A stretch of 64,000 nucleotides of DNA, from NCBI GenBank assembly GCA_040399745.1, contig JBBARP010000008.1, positions 90,079-154,078 on the forward strand. The letters are read 5' to 3'. The notes under the pieces were generated by a model. That model was given only the letters and a program-made list of their open reading frames with translations, made no database searches and was not told the origin of the DNA. Each line of letters opens with the position of its first letter. Within the stretch, counting starts at the first letter, position 1. Below are positions 1 to 9,697 of this stretch, one piece after another. This stretch comes from Bdellovibrionia bacterium (GTDB lineage: Bacteria; Bdellovibrionota; UBA1018). A program made the position numbers and the translations under genes.

Positions 1-1
1 G

Positions 2-64
2 GCCATGCAGGTCCGAAACAAGATCCTCGACGCCTACCGCGAAATCATGCGGATGCAGGTCTGA
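2..64 (+). CDS. fliE: Flagellar hook-basal body protein FliE, 3' end only (truncated by window edge)
   Basis: Frame from base 2 reads AMQVRNKILDAYREIMRMQV-stop, the conserved FliE C-terminus; directly upstream of fliF. Confidence 0.93.
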   Translation, partial: AMQVRNKILDAYREIMRMQV

Positions 65-86
65 TGAGCAGCAAGGAGCATGAAGC

Positions 87-1781
87 GTGTCTGAATACCT
101 GAAGAAAGTATTCGCGGAAGTTTCCGACTTTTATAAGGGGTTGACCCCGGGGCGGAGAATTGCCGTTGTCGTCACGGGGGCGGGGATCTTGGCTGGGATC
201 ATGGGAATGTTCCTGTGGGCCGGCGAGAAAACCTTCCATCCCTTGATGACCAATCTGAGCCCAGAAGACTCCGCGAACGTGATGCGCGTTCTTCGGGAGA
301 AGCGAATCCCGTTTCGGGTTGATGAGACTGGCCGAAGCATCACAGTTCCGCCCGAGATGGTCGACCAGCTGCGGTTGGAGTTGGCTGCTAACAACGTGGT
401 TCAAAGCAGTACGGTGGGCTACGAGGTTTTCGACAAGCAATCTTTGGGCGTCACTAGCTTCGTTCAGAAGATCAATCAAAAGCGCGCTCTTGAGGGTGAA
501 CTGACCCGCACGATTCAAACGATTCACGGGGTTCGTCGTTCCCGCGTGCATTTGGCGCTCCCACAAAAAAGCGCCTTCGTCGAAGATCAGCGAAAGCCTT
601 CGGCTTCGGTCGTGGTGGACGTTGAAAACGGAATTCTTCTTACCGACAAACAGATTAACGGAATTCAAAACCTAGTGGCTCGCGCCGTCGAGGGGATGGA
701 CGTAGAAAACGTAGTGATCGTGGATGCCATGGGAAAACAGCTTTCCCGAAGCATTCAGGACACGATGGCCATGGCGAACGCCACTCAGCTCGAGTTTAAA
801 CAGAAGATGGAGCGCGACAGTGAGCGCCGAATCGAAGAGATGTTGGCCCGCGTCGTGGGTGATGGAAAAGTAGTGGCCCGAGTTTCTGCGGACCTGGACT
901 TCAGTCAGACCGCCGAGACACAAACGGTCTATGACTCCGACGGAGCTGCGGTCCGTTCGGTTCAGCGCGATCAGAAGTCGATGGAAGGCTCTCGCCCAGG
1001 ACCGCAAGGCCCAGCAGGTGCGGCATCCAATCTACCTGGCCAGCAGCAGCAGGTGGCCCAGGGCACCAAGAGCGATACCAAAACCAGCTCTGAAACGACC
1101 AATTACGAAGTGCCCCAGACGGTCCGCAAAACCACCCGTCCTTCGGGCCAGGTACGTCGCTTGTCGGTCGCTGTTCTGATGGACGGCAAGCAGGTTCGGG
1201 TACCGGGCAAAGATGGCGCGGCTGACAAGAATGAAGTTCAATCGTGGAGCCCGGAGAAGTTGGCTGAGTTCGAAGCCATCGTGATTCAGGCTGCCGGGAT
1301 CGATCGCAAGCGGGGTGATACGGTTGAGATCAAGAACATCGAGTTCACGAAGGAAGACTTCGAAGAAGCTCAGCGTATGGCAAACGAAGCCGCGCGTAAG
1401 AGCTACATCCGCAGCCTGACGGTCTACGTCGTGGTCGGGATGCTGATCCTCCTGTTTTTCATCTTGGTGGTTCGTCCCTTCATCAAGTGGATCACAGACA
1501 ACACCGTTCACAGCGTCGAAACTTACCTGCCTCAAACCATCGAGGAGTTGGAGAAACTCAACAAGGCCTCGGTGCTCCCAGGCTTGGAAGCGGCGATGCC
1601 AGAGATTGCCGACAAGATCGACCCGGAAAAGGTCGAGGGCGAGATGATCAAAGAGAAGGTCATCAGCTTGGTCGAAGGCAATCCGCACAAGGCCGCGCTC
1701 ATCCTGCGCGACTGGCTGCATGCCGACTTGGCGAAGAAGAAAGACGACAAAGCTCCCGCCGCCGGCGGAAAAGGCAAATAA
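87..1781 (+). CDS. fliF: Flagellar MS-ring protein FliF
   Basis: 564 aa, two TM segments, VGYEVFD and RALEGEL..TI motifs, PSASV motif. Confidence 0.97.
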   Translation: MSEYLKKVFAEVSDFYKGLTPGRRIAVVVTGAGILAGIMGMFLWAGEKTFHPLMTNLSPEDSANVMRVLREKRIPFRVDETGRSITVPPEMVDQLRLELAANNVVQSSTVGYEVFDKQSLGVTSFVQKINQKRALEGELTRTIQTIHGVRRSRVHLALPQKSAFVEDQRKPSASVVVDVENGILLTDKQINGIQNLVARAVEGMDVENVVIVDAMGKQLSRSIQDTMAMANATQLEFKQKMERDSERRIEEMLARVVGDGKVVARVSADLDFSQTAETQTVYDSDGAAVRSVQRDQKSMEGSRPGPQGPAGAASNLPGQQQQVAQGTKSDTKTSSETTNYEVPQTVRKTTRPSGQVRRLSVAVLMDGKQVRVPGKDGAADKNEVQSWSPEKLAEFEAIVIQAAGIDRKRGDTVEIKNIEFTKEDFEEAQRMANEAARKSYIRSLTVYVVVGMLILLFFILVVRPFIKWITDNTVHSVETYLPQTIEELEKLNKASVLPGLEAAMPEIADKIDPEKVEGEMIKEKVISLVEGNPHKAALILRDWLHADLAKKKDDKAPAAGGKGK

Positions 1782-1806
1782 GGTTTAGGACAAGAGGACC
1801 GATCAC

Positions 1807-2820
1807 ATGGCATTCATGAACTTCGAGGAAATGTCGGGTCTAGAGAAGTCGGCCCTGCTTCTGAACGTGCTAGGGACGCAGGTCACTTCCCAGGTTTTCC
1901 GGAAGATGAAGGACAACGACGTCAAGCGTCTCGTGACCGCCATGGGCCAGGTGTCCAAGGTTCCGGTCGGTGTCGTGAAAGAGGTTCTCGAGTCGTTTTA
2001 CTCTGAGATTGCCGAGGAAGATCAGCTGATCTTCGGCCAATCTTCGGGCCGGGACTTCGTGCTGGCGACTTTGGGCGAAGAGCGTGCAAAAACCGTATTG
2101 GGTCAGTTGTCGGTGGCCGAAGGCAGCCGCACCCTGGAAGCTCTCGAATTGGTCGACTCGAGAACGCTCTCGAACTTCCTCATCAACGAACATCCGCAGA
2201 CGATTTCCTTGATCCTGGCTCACCTGGAGTCGGGCAAGAAGTGCGATGTCTTGAAACGCCTTCCCGAGAACATTCAGACGGAAGTGGTTCTCCGGATCTC
2301 GAACTTGGATTTCATCTCGCCAAACCTCATTGCGCAGGTGGACGAAGTGCTCAAACAGGAGCTTGCCACCTTGGGCTCGATCGACACTCAGCAATTGGGC
2401 GGTGTGCAACCGATCGCCGAGATGCTCAACGTCATGGACAAGACCTCCGAGCAGAACATCATGGCGCGGGTCGAAGAGAAGGATCCGACCTTGGCGGAAG
2501 AGATCCGCAAGTTGATGTTCGTGTTCGAAGACTTGATCTACATCGACGACCGCGGAATGCAGGAACTGCTGAAGGCAGTTCCAAACGACAAGCTGACGAT
2601 GGCCATGAAGACGGCTCCCGAGGATATCAAAGAGAAAATCTTCAGAAACATGTCCAAGCGTGCTTCGGACATGTTGCGCGAGGACTTGGAGACCATGGGA
2701 CCGGTCAAGGTTTCCGAAGTCGACTCGGCTCAACAAGAAATCGTCAATATCGCCAAGAAACTCGAAGGGGAAGGCAAACTCTTCGTGGCTCGCGGCGGAG
2801 AAGGCGACGCCCTGGTTTAA
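1807..2820 (+). CDS. fliG: Flagellar motor switch protein FliG
   Basis: EHPQ, GG linker, MFVFEDL motifs; follows fliF. Confidence 0.98.
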   Translation: MAFMNFEEMSGLEKSALLLNVLGTQVTSQVFRKMKDNDVKRLVTAMGQVSKVPVGVVKEVLESFYSEIAEEDQLIFGQSSGRDFVLATLGEERAKTVLGQLSVAEGSRTLEALELVDSRTLSNFLINEHPQTISLILAHLESGKKCDVLKRLPENIQTEVVLRISNLDFISPNLIAQVDEVLKQELATLGSIDTQQLGGVQPIAEMLNVMDKTSEQNIMARVEEKDPTLAEEIRKLMFVFEDLIYIDDRGMQELLKAVPNDKLTMAMKTAPEDIKEKIFRNMSKRASDMLREDLETMGPVKVSEVDSAQQEIVNIAKKLEGEGKLFVARGGEGDALV

Positions 2821-2856
2821 TACCAGGCACCTTAAACGGGCAGGGGAGACAGGGCG

Positions 2857-3771
2857 ATGGAAAAGAAGTTCGATCCAGTTCAGAAGCGAGCTGCACAAGA
2901 AGCTCCCAAGTCCACGGGAAATCGAATCATCAAAGCCGAAGACCCGATGCGAATTCAGGTCGACGGTTACTCGGCTAGGTCGGTTCATGAGCAGGGCTTC
3001 GGGGAGTATGGCTCGGCAAAGTCCAAGTTCGGCCCCCTGGCCGCGACCGATGCCGAACGCTCGCATCGAGCTTGGCGCGATAGCCGCTTCCAGATGAGCC
3101 CGATTGTGAAAGAGCGCTTGGGAATTTCGAGCGAAGAACGCCGGATCATCGATGAGCGTGTGGAAGCCGAGCTTTCGGCCCTCCGGGAAGAAGCGCGAGA
3201 GCAAGCTCACGCGGAGGGGTTGGCTCAAGGGCGCGAAGAGGGCAAAGCAGAGGCTCTGACGGCGTATCAAACCGAAGCGGCTGAAAAGATCGAGAAGATC
3301 CACGCTTTGACGCGTGAGTTTGAAGCTTTGAGAACCAGTATCTATGAGGCCAATGAGCGGATGCTGGTTGACTTGATGTTCCGGCTTTCCAGAATGCTCT
3401 TCCTCAAGGAATTGCCGCAAGATCGGCAATACGTCCTTCGATTAGCGAAGAACCTCGTGGAGCGGGTAGGGACGCGGGAGAACATTCGCCTGCGCTTGAG
3501 TCGTCGAGACCTGGAGCTCCTGGATGAGCTTCACGCGGGTCTTAGCAAGGAATTTGCTAATCTGACGAACTTGTCGATCGAAGTAGATCCACAAGTTCGC
3601 GGTGGCGGCGTTCACTTGGAGACGCGCTGGAACGCGATTGATGCGTCGGTGGATACGCAGCTCGAGAAAATATTCGAAGCCCTCTTTGGTTCTGGATCGG
3701 CAAACGTCATCACTGGCGGCGGAGCGGATCCGGTGGCGGCTATCTCGATGGAAGCGGGAGAGTCGGCGTGA
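2857..3771 (+). CDS. fliH: Flagellar assembly protein FliH
   Basis: AxxxGxxxGxxxG repeat (AHAEGLAQGREEG), C-terminal GGVHLETRWNAIDAS; between fliG and fliI. Confidence 0.9.
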   Translation: MEKKFDPVQKRAAQEAPKSTGNRIIKAEDPMRIQVDGYSARSVHEQGFGEYGSAKSKFGPLAATDAERSHRAWRDSRFQMSPIVKERLGISSEERRIIDERVEAELSALREEAREQAHAEGLAQGREEGKAEALTAYQTEAAEKIEKIHALTREFEALRTSIYEANERMLVDLMFRLSRMLFLKELPQDRQYVLRLAKNLVERVGTRENIRLRLSRRDLELLDELHAGLSKEFANLTNLSIEVDPQVRGGGVHLETRWNAIDASVDTQLEKIFEALFGSGSANVITGGGADPVAAISMEAGESA

Positions 3772-5114
3772 GCACTCAGGACATGAACCTGGGCCCGTAC
3801 CTGGATCGCCTGACTCGGACACCGATTTATTTGGAAGCGGGAAAGGTGTCTCAGTCCCTGGGACTCGTTTACCATGCCCATTTGCCCGGCGCCGGAATCG
3901 GAGCCCAGGTGCGAATCCTCGAAGGCCAAGACCCCCATTCGGAAGCGGGCGTTGATGCCGAGATCATCGGCTTTAAAGATCAGCAGGTCGTGCTGATGCC
4001 TTTTGGCGACGCATCGGGTGTGAATAACGACAGCCTCGTGGTGCTTCGAAAACGTGCTTCGGTAGTCGCAGTGGGCGAGTCGCTTTTAGGGCGCGTCCTC
4101 GACGCTCAAGGCCAGCCCATCGACGGGAAAGGGCCACTGGGACTGTTGGAGGAGCGCAGTCTGTACGCGCAGCCCTCGCACCCCCTGGAGCGGGATGTGA
4201 TCCGCGAACCTTTAGATCTTGGGATTCGAGCCATTAATGGTCTTTTGACCTGCGGCAAGGGCCAGCGGGTGGGCATCATGGCAGGCTCAGGGGTCGGGAA
4301 GTCCGTGATTCTGGGCATGATGGCCCGTCACACGGCTGCCGATGTGAACGTGATCGCCTTGATCGGCGAGCGGGGACGCGAAGTTCGAGAATTCATCGAA
4401 CGCGACCTAGGCCCCGAGGGCTTGGCCCGCTCAGTAGTCATCGTTGCTACCTCTGATAAGTCCCCGCTCCTTCGGATGAGGGGAGCTTTCCTGGCTTCCG
4501 CTGTGGCGGAATACTTCCGAGATCGAGGGAAAGACGTCCTCTTGATGATGGACTCGGTCACTCGCTTCTGTATGGCTCAGCGCGAGATCGGGCTCAGTCT
4601 GGGTGAACCTCCTGCTTCCAAGGGGTATACGCCGTCGGTTTTCTCGACTTTACCCAAGCTTCTGGAGCGCGCCGGTACCGGTGTGGGCGGAGGTTCGATC
4701 ACCGGTCTATACACCGTTCTTGTAGAAGGTGACGACATGGACGATCCAGTGGCCGACTCGGCCCGATCGATTCTGGACGGACACGTCGTGCTTTCGAGAA
4801 AGATCGCTCAGAAAAACCACTTCCCAGCTATCGACGTCCTTCAGTCGGCAAGCCGGGTAGCCCGAGCCGTGACCGGAAAAGATCAGCAGCAGTGGGGCGG
4901 TATGATCAAAGAGTGGATGGCGCTCTACGCACAAGCGGAAGATTTGATCAATATCGGTGCTTACACAAAAGGTGCGAGCGCCAAGATTGACCAGGCCATC
5001 GCGGTTCATGACCGTATTCAAAGCTTTTTGCGCCAGGGAATCGAAGAGAAGTCGAACTTCCAAGACACTTTGGCGCTCATGCACGGGATTATCAGAGCGG
5101 GGCAATCGGCATGA
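3768..5114 (+). CDS. fliI: Flagellar export ATPase FliI
   Basis: Walker A AGSGVGKS, LIGERGREV, DSVTRF, ILDGH motifs. Confidence 0.97.
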   Translation: MSTQDMNLGPYLDRLTRTPIYLEAGKVSQSLGLVYHAHLPGAGIGAQVRILEGQDPHSEAGVDAEIIGFKDQQVVLMPFGDASGVNNDSLVVLRKRASVVAVGESLLGRVLDAQGQPIDGKGPLGLLEERSLYAQPSHPLERDVIREPLDLGIRAINGLLTCGKGQRVGIMAGSGVGKSVILGMMARHTAADVNVIALIGERGREVREFIERDLGPEGLARSVVIVATSDKSPLLRMRGAFLASAVAEYFRDRGKDVLLMMDSVTRFCMAQREIGLSLGEPPASKGYTPSVFSTLPKLLERAGTGVGGGSITGLYTVLVEGDDMDDPVADSARSILDGHVVLSRKIAQKNHFPAIDVLQSASRVARAVTGKDQQQWGGMIKEWMALYAQAEDLINIGAYTKGASAKIDQAIAVHDRIQSFLRQGIEEKSNFQDTLALMHGIIRAGQSA

Positions 5115-5183
5115 TTTTCCCGATGGAAATGGCAGGATTTGCCCTCTTTTCGGACTCATCGGTGTGACGGAGACTGGACTTGA

Positions 5184-5645
5184 ATGAAAAAGTTCCGATT
5201 TCAATTTGAGACTCTCGAGAAGGTACGGAGGACCCGCGAAGGCGAGGCCCTGCGCTTGCTTTCTGAGGCTCAGGCCAAGGTTATCCACGCGAACGAGCAC
5301 AAACAGGCGCTCATCCGTGGCATGTCTCTGGCCATGGATCGTCGGGCAGGCTTGGGTGGTTCGGCCACGTCGCCACTCGACTTCATGCTCGAGTCGGATT
5401 TCATTTCAGGACAAAAGATTCGAATTGTTCAAGCTGAAGTGGCCATTCAACGCTCCAAACGAGCAGTCGAAAAGGCATTGAGGAATTACCTTCACGCTAA
5501 GCGACAGACTCGTGTGATCGAGATGATTCGTGAGAAGCGCTTTGCCGAGTACAAGCTCGAGCGGGCGAAGCACCTTCAGAAGGAAATGGACGACGTCAGC
5601 ACCATGCGCAATCGGTTGCGCCAGCTTCGTAAGGAGTCGGCATGA
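5184..5645 (+). CDS. fliJ: Flagellar export chaperone FliJ
   Basis: MKKFRFQFETLEKVR N-terminus, coiled coil, QKEMDD C-terminal motif; follows fliI. Confidence 0.9.
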   Translation: MKKFRFQFETLEKVRRTREGEALRLLSEAQAKVIHANEHKQALIRGMSLAMDRRAGLGGSATSPLDFMLESDFISGQKIRIVQAEVAIQRSKRAVEKALRNYLHAKRQTRVIEMIREKRFAEYKLERAKHLQKEMDDVSTMRNRLRQLRKESA

Positions 5646-6355
5646 TCCGGTTGCTGGAGCGTCGCGGAGCATGGTCTTTCCTGGTACTCGCGCTTTTGTG
5701 CGGAGCGCTTTCGTTGTCTGTGGACAGCGGCCAGGCAGAAGGTCAGGAAGCTCCGGCAGCGACGCCTTCGGCAGTACCGTCTGCTAATCCGGCTGAATCG
5801 GAATCGGCGGATCCTGAGGCTCTGAAAGACGCTCAGAAGAGTAAGGCAGCACTGAGACATGATTCGGGTCGATGTTTGGTAGATCCGACTGCGATTTCCG
5901 ATTTGCGCCGCCGTAGCGAAGAAGTGGAAGCTCGCGCCAAAGCCCTTGAATCACGGGAGCAAGAGCTCGCTGCTCAGAAGCGTGCAGTCGAAGAGGACGT
6001 GAAGCGTTTGACCGCGGTTCGCGAGGAAATTGAGAAGTTGCAAGGCTCGCTGAAGAAGTCAGGCGAGGAACGAGTCGCCAAGCTCGTCGAGACGATGGAA
6101 GCGATGGCTCCGAAGGGGGCTGCGCAGCTCATTTCTGGGGTCGAGGACCAACTGGCCGTTTCCGCGATGACACGGCTTTCGACCGCTAAACTTGCAAAAA
6201 TATTACCGCTCATGAGCCCAGAGCGTTCTGCATTTTTGACCGAGAAAATGGCAGGGGTGATTCGTACCCAAGCCAAGAAAGGAGGCAAGGACCATGATTC
6301 AGAACATCTCGACAATGCAAGCACGCGCGAACCCGCGCGCGAAGCACAGTACTGA
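5642..6355 (+). CDS. MotE/YlxF-like flagellar protein (MgtE N-terminal-like C-domain)
   Basis: N-terminal hydrophobic segment, coiled coil, then KLVETMEAMAPKGAA..AKIL..MSPE motif; fliJ-X-fliK position. Confidence 0.75.
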   Translation: MIRLLERRGAWSFLVLALLCGALSLSVDSGQAEGQEAPAATPSAVPSANPAESESADPEALKDAQKSKAALRHDSGRCLVDPTAISDLRRRSEEVEARAKALESREQELAAQKRAVEEDVKRLTAVREEIEKLQGSLKKSGEERVAKLVETMEAMAPKGAAQLISGVEDQLAVSAMTRLSTAKLAKILPLMSPERSAFLTEKMAGVIRTQAKKGGKDHDSEHLDNASTREPAREAQY

Positions 6356-7976
6356 AGAGGCTTCAGATTCCAAGTCAAAGGGCCTTGCCACCGAGGCGGG
6401 TCTCCCTTCGGATCAAGTCGATTTCAGCGCGGCCATGCTTCAGCAGGCCGCCATGCTTCAAGCGCAGCCGGCTCAGCCCCAGAAACCGATGGGTGCGGGC
6501 CTTGGGATCGCGCAGGTCGCGACTACGGTCGATGGCGATACTTCGATTGCTTCACGTTTACCTGAGACCGAGCGCGCCGCAGCTTCCTTAGGAGCGGGTG
6601 GACAGATCAGTCTGGGGCGCCCGTGGAGTAAGGACTGGGTGTATCGCCCGGGCGATGACAAAAACCTCGATTTGAAGCCTCTTTTTGGCGAGTCGATGGC
6701 AGAGGCCAATCCGATGCTGAAGCTTGCCCAGTTGGTGGCCGCAGCTCGGTCCAAGGCAGAGGCCCAAGAAGGTTCTCCGGCAGCGGGCCTACCCGGTTCG
6801 CTGTCTGCAAAGGCCACTGCAGCCAAGGATCTCGTCAAGAAGGGTGAAGCTCAGGGCGTGAATTCAGCGACGGCGGCGCCGATGGGCGCTGAATCGGTGG
6901 TTCTGCCTGCAGTCTTCCGGAGTGAGAACTTTGAGACCGCGTCGAGAATCCCTGCTTCTACCTTGATTCGCGAAGCGGCTCAGGCGGGACGGGAAGTCTC
7001 GGAGCAAGCTTTCCTATCGAGCCAGGGCCTCATGGAGTCTTCGATAGCGGCTGGAGTGGTGGATGCAAAAGTCCAACCCGGCGATCGCTCGAATGCTTCG
7101 AAGAGTGCTCTCCCTTCGGGCGCATGGTCGGGAGGCGAGTTCTTGGAAACTCTTCAAGGCGCCCGTAGTTCGCTGCTCAACCAGACCAAACCCGTGAACT
7201 CTGGTGTGCAGCTCGGTGACGCACTTTCAGCTCCGACTCTGCGCGGACAGGATTTGGATTCTCTGAAGCAGGAGCCGGGTAGCGAGGCGTTGAGTCCGTT
7301 TGATTCGAGCTTGGCATCAGTCGTATTGAATCAACCGACAGCAGCGCGAAATAGTTCTGCTGAAGCCGGCATGATCGCGACGATGGATGGCCAAGTGACT
7401 CAGAACGGCGCTCAGCAAAATCGACTTTCGAGCCAGTCGGTACGTGATCTTTCCTCCCAGATTCGTTTGGTGAGCCAGAACCCGACGGGTGGGGAAATGC
7501 GAATTCGCCTGAATCCAGGAAACCTGGGCGAGCTTCACCTGAAGATTACGACTCAAGGAAACCAAGTGGGTCTGAAGATCCAAGCTTCTGATGAGCGCGC
7601 ACGCCGGATTATTGAAGAGTCCTTAGGATCTTTGAAAGAGGGCTTGGCCTCTCAGCGGCTCCAGCTCGTTCAAACTGATGTGGCCGTCGGCCAGGGTTTC
7701 GCAGGCTCGCTAGGTCAGTTGGATGAATCGCTTCGTCAGAACCTGTCTCAAAATCAGCAGGGTTCGCAGCAGGGTCAGCAAGCCTGGAATCAAGCCATGG
7801 GGAATTTTGACCAGAACGGCGGTTTCCGGGAGCGAGGGTCGCGCAGTGACTCCCAAGATTCGGGCACTGGCCCGGTGAGTGGGATGCCGCCGAGACCCAT
7901 GGCCAGCCTCGCGGGTCGTTCCATTTCGAGTTCCCTGAACCGGCTTTCTAATGGAAGGGTGGACATTCGAGCATGA
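6294..7976 (+). CDS. fliK: Flagellar hook-length control protein FliK
   Basis: Long low-complexity N-region, C-terminal MRIRLNPGNLGELHLKI domain, Gln-rich tail. Confidence 0.9.
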   Translation: MIQNISTMQARANPRAKHSTEEASDSKSKGLATEAGLPSDQVDFSAAMLQQAAMLQAQPAQPQKPMGAGLGIAQVATTVDGDTSIASRLPETERAAASLGAGGQISLGRPWSKDWVYRPGDDKNLDLKPLFGESMAEANPMLKLAQLVAAARSKAEAQEGSPAAGLPGSLSAKATAAKDLVKKGEAQGVNSATAAPMGAESVVLPAVFRSENFETASRIPASTLIREAAQAGREVSEQAFLSSQGLMESSIAAGVVDAKVQPGDRSNASKSALPSGAWSGGEFLETLQGARSSLLNQTKPVNSGVQLGDALSAPTLRGQDLDSLKQEPGSEALSPFDSSLASVVLNQPTAARNSSAEAGMIATMDGQVTQNGAQQNRLSSQSVRDLSSQIRLVSQNPTGGEMRIRLNPGNLGELHLKITTQGNQVGLKIQASDERARRIIEESLGSLKEGLASQRLQLVQTDVAVGQGFAGSLGQLDESLRQNLSQNQQGSQQGQQAWNQAMGNFDQNGGFRERGSRSDSQDSGTGPVSGMPPRPMASLAGRSISSSLNRLSNGRVDIRA

Positions 7977-9064
7977 TCCCGATCAGTGGTGGTAAATTCG
8001 GTGAAGGTGCTCTGCCTCAAGTGTCAGCCGCGACGACCTCTACGTTGGCGTCGAAGGATCTGGCTCAAAACGGCCAAACTGAAAAATTCAGCGACGTTTG
8101 GAAGAAAATCCAAGCTGAGTATGGTGCCAAGCAGGAGAAGCCTCGGGAGATTAAAAAATCCCTCGGTAAAGACGATTTCATGAAGATCATGGTGACGCAG
8201 ATGCAGCACCAAGATCCCACCAATCCCTTCAAGGCCGAGCAAATGGCGCAGCAGATGGCGCAGTATGCTTCGGTCGAGCAGCTGCAGAACATCAATCAAA
8301 ACGTCTCGAAGATGGGCAATCAGAATCAGCCGCTCGAGCGATTGGCGATGACGAATTTGATTGGTAAGACTGTGACCGTGGACCGCGAACGGTTCCCTTA
8401 TAAAGAGGGAACGAAGCTTCCCCTGGGATTTACTTTGCCGCGTGAAGCTTCGCAGGCTCGAATTTCGATTAAAAACGAAGCGGGTGAAGAAATCTTCGGA
8501 CGCGACCTGGGTGCACAGAAAGCGGGACCAGGGACCTTCCTGTGGGACGGGATTCTGGCCAACACGCTTCCAGCGAAGTCGGGGAATTTGTCGTACCACC
8601 TGGAAGCCAAGGACGCGAAGGGCGCTGATATCCCGATCGATCCGCGTGCGAAAGTCCAGGTCGTTGGCCTGAGCTTCGAAGGGAAGGAGCCCATTCTTCT
8701 GGTGGGTGATCCCTCTCGCCCCGATTCGGTGGCGATGTCGGCTATCTCCAAAATTGAAGCGGATGCTCCTATGGTTTCGAGAGCGGCTCCGCAGGCGGTC
8801 ATTTCTGCGATGCCAAATCAGCACGATCTGGCCATCGATATGGCTCAAAGCCGCTCGGCCGAAAGAAACGGACCGGCACAAGCTGCCGAGGTTGCGGAAG
8901 TTCAAAAACCGCAAAATAATTATTTTACGTTCCTGCGAGGAGAAGGTTCGAAGACCATCGAATCCCAATCCGAACAGGAGAGCCTGCGAGCAGCAGGTGA
9001 AGGGACCTACCGCGGCCCTCGTGAAGAACGCGGTTTTCCGAATGGGTTAGGAGGAGGTGAATGA
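7973..9064 (+). CDS. flgD: Flagellar hook capping protein FlgD (extended termini)
   Basis: LGKDDFMKIMVTQMQHQDPTNP..QMAQYASVEQL motif; Ig-like WDG motif. Confidence 0.93.
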   Translation: MIPISGGKFGEGALPQVSAATTSTLASKDLAQNGQTEKFSDVWKKIQAEYGAKQEKPREIKKSLGKDDFMKIMVTQMQHQDPTNPFKAEQMAQQMAQYASVEQLQNINQNVSKMGNQNQPLERLAMTNLIGKTVTVDRERFPYKEGTKLPLGFTLPREASQARISIKNEAGEEIFGRDLGAQKAGPGTFLWDGILANTLPAKSGNLSYHLEAKDAKGADIPIDPRAKVQVVGLSFEGKEPILLVGDPSRPDSVAMSAISKIEADAPMVSRAAPQAVISAMPNQHDLAIDMAQSRSAERNGPAQAAEVAEVQKPQNNYFTFLRGEGSKTIESQSEQESLRAAGEGTYRGPREERGFPNGLGGGE

Positions 9065-9527
9065 GATCATGAGTCAAAATCCGTTCCTTTATCCGAGCGT
9101 CACATCGATCCCATCGCAAGGGGTAGGTGAGGCCCGGGAAAGGATTCAGCCCAGGAAGACGGAACCTGGGGAATTCGACAAAGCCCTCGATCAGGTTCTG
9201 GTCAAGGACAAGTCGAAGACGCCGCCCGAAAGCCGGGCAGCGGGGTTGACGGCCGATCTGGGAATGATCAGCCAGCCCTTGAAGTTCTCGACGCATGCCG
9301 CTCAGCGGATGCAGGAACGCAAGATCAAGCTGGATGAACCCACGATGGCCAAAGTCAACGAAGCAGTCAGAAAGGCGGAAGCCAAAGGATTAGAAGACAC
9401 TCTGATTCTGACCGGCGACGCAGCTCTGATTGTGAGTGTGAAGAACAGGACGGTCATTACGGCGATGGATAAAGCCCAACTGACCGGAAACGTCTTCACC
9501 AATATCGACGGTGCCGTCATCGTCTAA
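9057..9527 (+). CDS. Flagellar operon protein, TIGR02530-like
   Basis: LKFSTHAAQRMQER..IVSVKNRTVITAMD..NVFTNIDGAVIV; located between flgD and flgE; SD AGGAGG upstream. Confidence 0.9.
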   Translation: MNEIMSQNPFLYPSVTSIPSQGVGEARERIQPRKTEPGEFDKALDQVLVKDKSKTPPESRAAGLTADLGMISQPLKFSTHAAQRMQERKIKLDEPTMAKVNEAVRKAEAKGLEDTLILTGDAALIVSVKNRTVITAMDKAQLTGNVFTNIDGAVIV

Positions 9528-9663
9528 TGCGAAGTTTGATCTGACTTGAAGTTCGACAGGAAGTTGAAATTGGACCGGAAAGACTGGCAAAGGGAAGGCT
9601 GGACCCATCGCGGGAAGCCCACCTGATCTCCTGAAGCGGGATTAGGAATTTGCGCAGGCAGAC

Positions 9664-9692
9664 CGGTTGAAAAACCGACGCAAGGAGGCGTC
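9664..9692 (+). promoter_or_regulatory. flgE leader: GAAA-tetraloop hairpin plus hairpin presenting the Shine-Dalgarno AAGGAG in its loop (CsrA-type site)
   Basis: CGGTT-GAAA-AACCG (9664-9677) and GACGC-AAGGAG-GCGTC (9677-9692), ending 5 nt before the flgE ATG. Confidence 0.55.
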
Positions 9693-9697
9693 TCGTC

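Noticed and set aside
1870-3429. Long antisense ORFs over fliG/fliH, and similar ones over flgE, flhA, ade and sdhA
   Set aside because: Shadow ORFs opposite well-supported genes in GC-rich, codon-biased DNA; no recognisable motifs
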